From NCBI GenBank assembly GCA_016867415.1, contig VGJO01000001.1:7823-71822 (forward strand): DNA of 64,000 nucleotides, given 5' to 3'. The notes beneath the pieces were generated by a model. It saw only the letters and a program-made list of their open reading frames with translations. It searched no databases and had not been told where the DNA came from. Source of the stretch: Candidatus Harrisonbacteria bacterium (lineage in GTDB: Bacteria; Patescibacteriota; Minisyncoccia; UBA6257; UBA11618). Below, piece after piece: positions 57,417 to 64,000 of the stretch. Position 1 is the first letter of the stretch. Every line of letters starts with the position of its first letter. Made by a program: the position numbers and the translations under genes.

Positions 57417-58184
57417 ATGATTTTCCTTCTCTACGGCACCGACTCTTATAAAAAAGAGGAAAACCTCCAAGTCATAGTCTCGGAGTTTAAGCGCCGCCAC
57501 GGCAACCCCCTCACCATCAACTTCTTTGACGACAAAAATACCGATCTCGAGTCCGAGCTTCTCTCTCATGCCCGGAGCCAATCCCTCTTCAGCGCTCCGC
57601 GGGCTCTTATCCTTCGCGAGCCCTTTGCCCTCAAAAAAGACGCGCTTCTTATTCCTATATTCAAGCAAGCGATTGATGACCCTAAGCTCATCCTGATTCT
57701 AGTAAGCGAAGCCGCTCCTGATAAAAAATTATCCTTCCTCTTAGAAAAGCCAGTGGTGGTAAAAAGCTACGAGATCCCCGAAGGCAAAGCCTGGCTTGAT
57801 TATGTTCTCCGCGAGATGAAAAAAAGAGGAGTAGAGCCAAAGAAGGGGATAGAGAGGACTCTTGCCACCTATTTTGTGGGCGACCCTTGGGGTCTCGTGA
57901 CCGAGCTTGATAAGCTCTCCCTTGGCGCCTCTCTCGGTAATTATGAGCTTGATACCGCCGGCCTTTTTAACCAAATATTCAGCCTCCGCCCCAGTGCCCG
58001 CTCTCCTCGCAGCCGCCTCGCCACCCTTTACAAGCTATTAAAAAAAGAAGACGCCGCCAAAGTCTTCAATCTCCTCGCCTATCAAAAAGGTGGTCTCCCA
58101 AAAAGCTTTTTCGCCCACGAAGACGTCCTAATCAAGCTCGGTAAGACCGATCACTCCCTCTCCCTCCTTAAAGCCATTTTATAG
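57417..58184 (+). CDS. holA: DNA polymerase III delta subunit-like (HolA family), short form
   Basis: N-terminal MIFLLYGTDSYKKEE... pattern typical of delta subunits; convergent with rpsT as in many bacteria. Confidence 0.55.
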   Translation: MIFLLYGTDSYKKEENLQVIVSEFKRRHGNPLTINFFDDKNTDLESELLSHARSQSLFSAPRALILREPFALKKDALLIPIFKQAIDDPKLILILVSEAAPDKKLSFLLEKPVVVKSYEIPEGKAWLDYVLREMKKRGVEPKKGIERTLATYFVGDPWGLVTELDKLSLGASLGNYELDTAGLFNQIFSLRPSARSPRSRLATLYKLLKKEDAAKVFNLLAYQKGGLPKSFFAHEDVLIKLGKTDHSLSLLKAIL

Positions 58185-58194
58185 AAACAAAAAA

Positions 58195-58213
58195 CCCGCA
58201 CACAAGGTGCGGG
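58195..58213. terminator. Bidirectional terminator hairpin CCCGCAC-ACAAG-GTGCGGG with A/T runs on both sides, between holA and rpsT
   Basis: Direct reading. Confidence 0.6.
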
Positions 58214-58236
58214 GAAAAACGAAAGTCTGAACTCTT

Positions 58237-58500
58237 TTACTTAATCTTCGAAATAGCCTTAGTCAGACGAGATTTCAATCTTGCCGCCTTATTCTTCTTA
58301 ATAAGATTCGTCTTCGCCGCCTTATCGAGCTTCTTATAGACTATTGGCAAGTTCTTTAAAGCCTCATCTTTCTTAGAAGAAGCTGTACTCTTGCGCACTT
58401 CTCGGATTAAGTCTTTCAAGACCTTCCGCTGGCTGTCATTATGCTCTCTCCGGGTCTTATTTTTCCGGATATTCTTTTTCGCTGTTCGTGTATTTGGCAT
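58237..58500 (-). CDS. rpsT: 30S ribosomal protein S20
   Basis: MPNTRTAKKNIRKNKTRREHNDSQRK...KNKAARLKSRL... matches the S20 signature. Confidence 0.9.
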   Translation of the reverse strand: MPNTRTAKKNIRKNKTRREHNDSQRKVLKDLIREVRKSTASSKKDEALKNLPIVYKKLDKAAKTNLIKKNKAARLKSRLTKAISKIK

Positions 58501-58584
58501 TTGTCCAATATAATAAACATCTTTCTCTAAAAAATCAAGCTTCCTTTAATTTCTAATTATTTTCCAGTAAAGTTAGTCATAATA

Positions 58585-59172
58585 ATGATCTATAGTCTTT
58601 CTGGTAAAATAACAAAAATAACCGATTCCTACGCCGTTATAAATGTCTCCGGTGTCGGCTATAAAGTTTTCATTCCCAAGCGCACCGCCGACTTTTTACG
58701 CTCCTCCGCCCTTTCCGAAACCACGCTCTATACCTATCTTGCCGTAAAAGATGATGCCCTTGACCTCTATGGCTTTCTCGAAGACTATGAACTCGCTTTT
58801 TTTGAAAAGCTCATCTCGGTAAATGGCGTTGGTCCCAAAAGCGCGCAGGGGATAATGTCTATCTCGAGCGTCGATGAGCTTGTTGGCGCGATTGTGAGCG
58901 AGAGAGTTGAGCTTCTCACCCGCGCCTCCGGCATCGGAAAGAAGACCGCCGAGCGCATTATTCTCGAGCTTCGCGGTCGTCTCGAGCATCTCGGAGAGCA
59001 AGCCTCCGTCACCTCTCTTGAAAACGATCTTGAGCTCGAAGAAGTGCTTTCTGGCCTAGGTTACAGCCGCTTTGATATAAAGAAACTCCTTAGTGAAAAT
59101 AAAGAAAAAATTACCGGCGACACCCTCCAAATCCGCTTAAAGTCCGCCTTAAAGCTTCTTAAAAAACAATGA
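58585..59172 (+). CDS. ruvA: Holliday junction DNA helicase RuvA
   Basis: MIYSLSGKI...VNGVGYKVFIP OB domain, two HhH motifs (GVGPKSAQ; GIGKKTAERI), and a C-terminal domain. Confidence 0.9.
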   Translation: MIYSLSGKITKITDSYAVINVSGVGYKVFIPKRTADFLRSSALSETTLYTYLAVKDDALDLYGFLEDYELAFFEKLISVNGVGPKSAQGIMSISSVDELVGAIVSERVELLTRASGIGKKTAERIILELRGRLEHLGEQASVTSLENDLELEEVLSGLGYSRFDIKKLLSENKEKITGDTLQIRLKSALKLLKKQ

Positions 59173-60371
59173 TCCTCATAAACTTTTTGCGCAAAATCGC
59201 TCGCAAGACCGGCCTCATTAGTCTCTATCATTACGCGTGGGCGCTTGGCTCCGCCATCCTCTATGGCTTCCCTGGCAAGGACCTCGTCGTGATCGGTGTC
59301 ACGGGTACGAAAGGCAAGACTACTACCATCTCCCTTCTTAAGCATATCTTTGAATATGCCGGCCACCCCTCCGCCATGGTTACTTCCTCCGATATCTGCA
59401 TAGAGGATCAGTGTGAAAAAAATCTTCTGGGTAATTCCATGCCCGGCCGATTTTTTCTCCAAAAATTTCTCGCTCGCGCCAAGCGCGCCGGCGTAGAATA
59501 TGTCTTCGTCGAAGTCACTTCCGAAGGTGTCCGTTTCTTTCGTAATTATTTCCTCCACTTTTCTGGAGCGGTCTTTCTAAATCTTACTAAAGAACACATT
59601 GAGTCTCATGGTTCTTTTGAAAAATATAAAGACGCCAAACTCTCTTTTTTCCGCCGGGCCAAAAAAGAAAATTCCTCTACCAAATTTTTCATAAACAAAA
59701 ATGACTATTTTTCCTCCAAGTTTCTTCTCGCCGCGGGAGGCCAAGCTTTTATTTTTGAAAAAAGCGATCTAGAAAGCCAGCTCTTTGGTGAGCATAATAA
59801 GTGTAATATCGGCGCGGCTACGAGTGTCGCTCACGCCTTTGATATTAATGAATCCCTTATCGAAGAAGCCACCGCAAGTTTTCCTGGAGTCTCTGGCCGG
59901 ATGGATCTTGTCTTTAATAAAGATTTCAAGGTCTTTGTAGATTATGCCCACACCCCAGATTCTCTCTGGGCCGCTTTAGTAGCTGGAGAGGAACAGGCGA
60001 AAAAAAATATTCTAGTAGTAATCGGTGCCGCCGGTGGTGGTCGGGATCGTTGGAAGCGAAAAGAAATTGGTAAAGTAGCCGCTACGTTTGCTAATACTGT
60101 CGTGATCACGAATGAAGATCCTTTTGATGAAGATCCTCGTGCCATCATGGAAGAAATTAATGCCGGTGCCCTTGAGGTCATCGAGAAAAAAGACCACGTC
60201 CGAATAATCGAAGACCGTAAAGAGGCAATTCTCTTTGCCCTTAAAGAAGCGAAAAAAGGTGACGTTGTCCTCGTGACTGGTAAAGGCAGCGAACCCTGGA
60301 TCCGGGTAAAAAATGGTAAAAAAATCCCCTGGAGCGACCATCAAATTATCCACGACTTTTTCAAAAAATAG
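59169..60371 (+). CDS. Mur ligase family protein (MurE/MurF/MurT-like; short, 400 aa)
   Basis: ATP-binding GVTGTKGKTTT, DYAHTPDSL, and a C-terminal ...TGKGSE... block. Confidence 0.6.
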   Translation: MILINFLRKIARKTGLISLYHYAWALGSAILYGFPGKDLVVIGVTGTKGKTTTISLLKHIFEYAGHPSAMVTSSDICIEDQCEKNLLGNSMPGRFFLQKFLARAKRAGVEYVFVEVTSEGVRFFRNYFLHFSGAVFLNLTKEHIESHGSFEKYKDAKLSFFRRAKKENSSTKFFINKNDYFSSKFLLAAGGQAFIFEKSDLESQLFGEHNKCNIGAATSVAHAFDINESLIEEATASFPGVSGRMDLVFNKDFKVFVDYAHTPDSLWAALVAGEEQAKKNILVVIGAAGGGRDRWKRKEIGKVAATFANTVVITNEDPFDEDPRAIMEEINAGALEVIEKKDHVRIIEDRKEAILFALKEAKKGDVVLVTGKGSEPWIRVKNGKKIPWSDHQIIHDFFKK

Positions 60372-60544
60372 TTTTTGTTTCACTGAAAATTTTATTTAAT
60401 AAGGATAATCGTTTCAGCTCCGCGCATGATTTTTTGTCCCTATGATGAGTCTCCGCTAGGAATAGTAGGCTTTAAAAGAAAAAATCAAAGCTTTATTTAA
60501 GAATGAATAAAAAAAGATAAAGTGAACGAAAATAAGTAAGTATT

Positions 60545-60624
60545 AGCAGGAGGTATACATAATCAGTATGTTGACGAGCAAACGAAAGCTTAGACATGCG
60601 TCAGAGGAAAAAAAGACAAGCGCC
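60545..60624 (+). repeat. Family-1 variant (3' half), copy H
   Basis: GTATGTTGACGAGCAAACGAAAGCTT...GAGGAAAAAAAGACAAGCGCC shares its 3' half with copy G. It overlaps the 5' extension of the RNase J ORF, so the real rnj start is probably MKLRFIGG at ~60653. Confidence 0.45.
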
Positions 60625-62002
60625 TAAAATAGCTCATGGTAAAATTAAGGAGATGAAACTCAGATTTATTGGAGGAGCCGGCGAGGTCACTGGTGCCTGC
60701 TATCTTCTCGAAGGTACAGCAACCAAAATCCTAATCGACTGTGGCCTCCGTCAAGGCAGCGCCGAGACAGAAATAAAAAACTGGAATCCTTTCCCTTTTC
60801 CACCCGAATCCCTTGATGCGGTTCTAATCACTCACTCTCATATTGATCACATAGGCCTTCTTCCGCGACTTTCTCGTGGTAATTTTCGTGCCAAGATTTT
60901 TTCCACCGAACCCTGCCGGGAGTTTTCTGAAATCCTCCTCTTTGATTCTATGCGTCTTATTAATGAAGATGGTCTTCGTCGCGGCCTCGGTGAGCTTTAT
61001 ACAGAATCCAATATTTATAAAGCCATGGATCACTGGCAAGCCGTGGAGTATTACAAGACTTTCACGATTGGAGAGTTTTCTATCACTTTTTATAATGCCG
61101 GCCACATTCTTGGCTCTTCTTTTATTCTTGTGACCGATGGGAAAAAAAGGATCGTCTTTTCTGGAGATCTGGGTAATAGCCCCGCTCCACTTATCGGTAG
61201 CAAAGATTCCCTTCCCTATTGTGACTACTGCTTGATCGAATCCGCATATGGCGATCGCCTCCACGAAAATTCTCTTTCCCGCCGCGAAATAATTGAGGAC
61301 GTTATCGAAGATGTGGTTCTGAGTAAGGGTGTTCTCCTTATTCCGTCCTTCGCTATGGAACGCACCCAGCAACTCTTATTTGAAATAGATCAGCTCTTTG
61401 AAGAGGGAAGAGTGCCTCGCGTCCCGGTGTATGTCGATAGCCCTCTTGCCTTAAAGCTTACCGAAGTCTACAAGCGCTTTAAGAAATATTGGAGCGGCGA
61501 AACGCAGATGTTAAAATCCTCCGATGGATCGCTCTTTAGTTTTTCTGGTCTCCATAAATCATTTTCTAGTGAAGATTCAAAAAGAATTGACACTGCTCCG
61601 AATCCTAAAGTAATTATTGCTGGTTCTGGTATGTCTCATGGCGGCCGGATCCTCCGTCATGAAAAACTCTATCTCAATAATCCTCGAACATTTCTCTTCA
61701 TTGTCGGCTATCAAGGAATTGGTTCTATTGGCCGCGCTATTTTAGAAGGAAAAAAATCCATTAAAATCCAAGGTGAGGAAGTATCTATTCAGGCCAAAGT
61801 AGTAGCAACGAGCGGCTATAGCGCTCACGCCGATCAAGCCCAGCTTCTTGCATGGTTAAAGCCCCAGAGTCAGGGTATGCGCCAAGTATTTATTGTCCAA
61901 GGAGAGGCTTTGAGTGGTGTTGCTCTCGCAGTAAAGATTAGAGATGAACTTGCTCTTGATGCTATTATCCCCAAAGAAAATGAAGTCCGTGATATTATCT
62001 AA
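60596..62002 (+). CDS. Metallo-beta-lactamase/beta-CASP ribonuclease (RNase J / CPSF-like family)
   Basis: HSHIDHIG motif 2, Asp/His motifs, and beta-CASP motif C ...SGYSAHADQAQLLAWL... Confidence 0.75.
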   Translation: MRQRKKRQAPKIAHGKIKEMKLRFIGGAGEVTGACYLLEGTATKILIDCGLRQGSAETEIKNWNPFPFPPESLDAVLITHSHIDHIGLLPRLSRGNFRAKIFSTEPCREFSEILLFDSMRLINEDGLRRGLGELYTESNIYKAMDHWQAVEYYKTFTIGEFSITFYNAGHILGSSFILVTDGKKRIVFSGDLGNSPAPLIGSKDSLPYCDYCLIESAYGDRLHENSLSRREIIEDVIEDVVLSKGVLLIPSFAMERTQQLLFEIDQLFEEGRVPRVPVYVDSPLALKLTEVYKRFKKYWSGETQMLKSSDGSLFSFSGLHKSFSSEDSKRIDTAPNPKVIIAGSGMSHGGRILRHEKLYLNNPRTFLFIVGYQGIGSIGRAILEGKKSIKIQGEEVSIQAKVVATSGYSAHADQAQLLAWLKPQSQGMRQVFIVQGEALSGVALAVKIRDELALDAIIPKENEVRDII

Positions 62003-62025
62003 GTAAAATATTTCCATTTATTATC

Positions 62026-62631
62026 ATGCCTTCTACCAAAGGTCTCCCATCTCTCAAAAAAGTAATTCGGGAAGTGAATCGCAGTAAATATAAGATCTGT
62101 GTCTCCGGTGCCGCGGAGACTGGTCACTGCAGCGCCGAAGCCTTAAAAAATGCTGAGCTTATTGGTCGAGAGATTGCCAAAGCCGGTATTGTCTTAGTGA
62201 CCGGCGCCACCACTGGCACCCCTTATTGGGCTGCCAAAGGTGCTAAAAGCGAAGGTGGATTTGTTGTTGGTATTTCTCCAGCCACCTCCGAAGCCGCCCA
62301 TATCAAGTCTTACCGCCTTCCTATCGACTACCATGATATGATTATCTATACTGGTTTTGATTACTCCGGTCGCAATCTCCTTCTTACTCGTTCCGCCGAC
62401 GCCATCATCACGATCTGCGGTCGCGTAGGCACGCTCAATGAATTCACTATCGGCTTTGAAGATAATAAACCCGCTGGCGTCTTAGAAGGTTCTGGTGGCG
62501 CCGCCGATCATATTCAGTCCTGGCTGAAAGAGCTCCATCGAGGATTAGGTAAGACCGTTTTTTCTAGTGATCCAAAAGAGCTTCTTCGTTTAGTGATTGG
62601 GATGATTGATGAAGAAAAAATCCGAGAGTAA
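62026..62631 (+). CDS. TIGR00725/LOG-like (SLOG) Rossmann-fold protein
   Basis: ...KICVSGAAETG...GIVLVTGATTGTPYWAAKGAKSEGGFVVGISPA... and ...ICGRVGTLNEF... are typical of this family. Confidence 0.6.
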   Translation: MPSTKGLPSLKKVIREVNRSKYKICVSGAAETGHCSAEALKNAELIGREIAKAGIVLVTGATTGTPYWAAKGAKSEGGFVVGISPATSEAAHIKSYRLPIDYHDMIIYTGFDYSGRNLLLTRSADAIITICGRVGTLNEFTIGFEDNKPAGVLEGSGGAADHIQSWLKELHRGLGKTVFSSDPKELLRLVIGMIDEEKIRE

Positions 62632-63759
62632 ATGACTCCTTTCGTAAAGGATAAGGTATTGCCCACTTCAATCATGGTTAGCTCCTTGATTGGCGCTGGT
62701 ATTTTTTCACTGCCCTATATTGTAAGTCAAATTGGTTTTTTATTTTCTCTTCTTCTTCTCCTCATCGCTTTCATTACCATGCTCTCTTCCTCGTTCTTTT
62801 ATGCCGAGCTCCTTAAAAATAATGTTGATTCGGGAAATATTATTAGCCTAGCTCATCGCTACTTCGGCCGAGAGGGGAGTATTATCGCTTTCTGTATCTC
62901 TGTTTTTCAGATGATTATTGGTCTTATGATTTATCTTGTCCTTGGAGAAAAATTTCTCTCTGTAATTATCCCGGGCAATCCTTTTAATTGGACATATCTC
63001 TATATTTTAGCCACTCCATTAATCTTCATTTCTCTTCGCCGATTAGAAGAATTAGAGTTTGTTATTGCTTTTGGAAAAGTAAGTGTAATTTTCCTTATCT
63101 TTTTTTTCTCTCTCTCACTTGTAAATCCCGCAACTTATTTCCCTGTGGAGATTCAACTGCCTTTCTCGCGCCTCTTCCTTTTTTTAGGGCCAATGCTTTT
63201 TGCCTTAAATGGGCGCGTTGCCATCGCTGAAATTTTAAGAGTGGTTAATAAACGTCTTTATCTTACGAAAGCGGCAATTGGTAAGGGTTTATGCATTGTA
63301 GCTCTAGCATATCTTATCTTCTCCTATGCAGTAGTGATCGGAAGCCCGATCGTTTCAAGTGATACCATCACTGGTCTTACCACATCTTTCCCTCTTGTTA
63401 TTTTTGTTATCATTGCGGCTTTGGGTTGGTGCAATATGTGGAGTTCATATGTTCTTTTTGGATATGAAATAAACGATGTTTTAAAACTCGATTTCAAATT
63501 CCGTCCTCTCCTCCGCTTTTTTCTTATTGCCACGTTGCCCATATTTTTCTTTTATCTGGGTTTTAAAGACTTTTTAGGATTAGTTGGTTTTGCTGGTGGT
63601 ATCCTAGGCTCCTGTGAAGGTTTTTTCATCGGCTGCATGTACCTGAAGCATAAAAAGTATCAATTTTCTCCCGCTCTCGCTTTCACTCTTATTGTTTTCT
63701 CTTCGGTTTTCCTAGTAGAAATAGCAAATTATCTAGGATATTTTCCCCAGGTGGGGTAA
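62632..63759 (+). CDS. Polytopic membrane transporter, amino-acid (aromatic amino acid/tyrosine-type) permease-like
   Basis: ~11 TM helices; N-terminal ...SLIGAGIFSLPY... motif. Confidence 0.5.
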   Translation: MTPFVKDKVLPTSIMVSSLIGAGIFSLPYIVSQIGFLFSLLLLLIAFITMLSSSFFYAELLKNNVDSGNIISLAHRYFGREGSIIAFCISVFQMIIGLMIYLVLGEKFLSVIIPGNPFNWTYLYILATPLIFISLRRLEELEFVIAFGKVSVIFLIFFFSLSLVNPATYFPVEIQLPFSRLFLFLGPMLFALNGRVAIAEILRVVNKRLYLTKAAIGKGLCIVALAYLIFSYAVVIGSPIVSSDTITGLTTSFPLVIFVIIAALGWCNMWSSYVLFGYEINDVLKLDFKFRPLLRFFLIATLPIFFFYLGFKDFLGLVGFAGGILGSCEGFFIGCMYLKHKKYQFSPALAFTLIVFSSVFLVEIANYLGYFPQVG

Positions 63760-64000
63760 ACTAAAGAAAGTTATGAGTCTTTACTTAGTTGGTATTTTTC
63801 TCATTCGGAGTTTTGTATTCAGGATTTTTGGGTTCTTTCATCACTGGTATGGCCATACTTTTATCATTCTCCGACGCATAATTGACCGCTTCCCTTCAGG
63901 AAGTGCTTCTCGTTTTTGCGTCTCAATTCTCCTTTTCTTTTTTTATTGTCTCTGGTCGATGATTCCTCTGTATCTCATCCTCCGTTTTTTCTATGAGGTA

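Noticed and set aside
1-64000. CRISPR array search
   Set aside because: The repeats found are dispersed, ~120-300 nt long or short palindromes, and are not regularly spaced as 25-40-bp repeat/spacer units. No cas genes were recognised.

Overview
Gene content, small split genes and an AT-rich background suggest a reduced CPR/Patescibacteria-like chromosome; this taxonomic placement is inference. The window spans the chromosomal replication origin: rpmH-rnpA-yidC-jag on the minus strand, then dnaA-dnaN on the plus strand, with DnaA-box-like TTTTCCACA motifs and an AT-rich unwinding region. Confidently recognised housekeeping genes are ftsH, a Xer-family recombinase, gyrA, rpsA, rpsO, pnp, topA, dprA, uvrD/pcrA-like, rsmA, dnaA, dnaN, a class A PBP, ruvC, yebC, ruvB, tsaE, polA split into two ORFs, a histidine kinase, mutM, holA-like, rpsT, ruvA, a Mur ligase and an RNase J/beta-CASP nuclease. 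There are two tRNAs, Leu-TAG and Ile-GAT. The accessory content is an ~11.4 kb Gram-positive-type minimal type IV secretion-like cluster at 28950-40361, made of a PrgI/VirB3-like protein, a VirB4-like ATPase encoded as two ORFs, a VirB6-like polytopic protein, a VirB2/TrbC-like pilin and secreted hypotheticals. It lies immediately next to the origin. Three further VirB2/TrbC-like pilin paralogs sit at 3185-4846, and a PilB/GspE ATPase and DprA are elsewhere in the window. Three families of intergenic repeats are visible by eye. (1) A ~120-nt element (core GCGCAGGATTTTTGAG...CTGAG.AC...AGCATACT...AGTATG...ACGGAAGAAAAAAAT...CCAAAAATAC.AGCGCC) is present in at least nine copies, all in the same orientation, whose closing helix covaries between copies. 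(2) A ~300-nt element in three copies shows compensatory changes in two hairpins. (3) A short palindromic REP-like unit, GTCATTCCGG-N-CCGGAATC, sits directly after stop codons. A GC-rich ~600-nt non-coding locus at 18896-19500 has a near-consensus sigma70 promoter, an operator-like palindrome and an intrinsic terminator. None of these RNA-like elements could be assigned to a known family from sequence alone.
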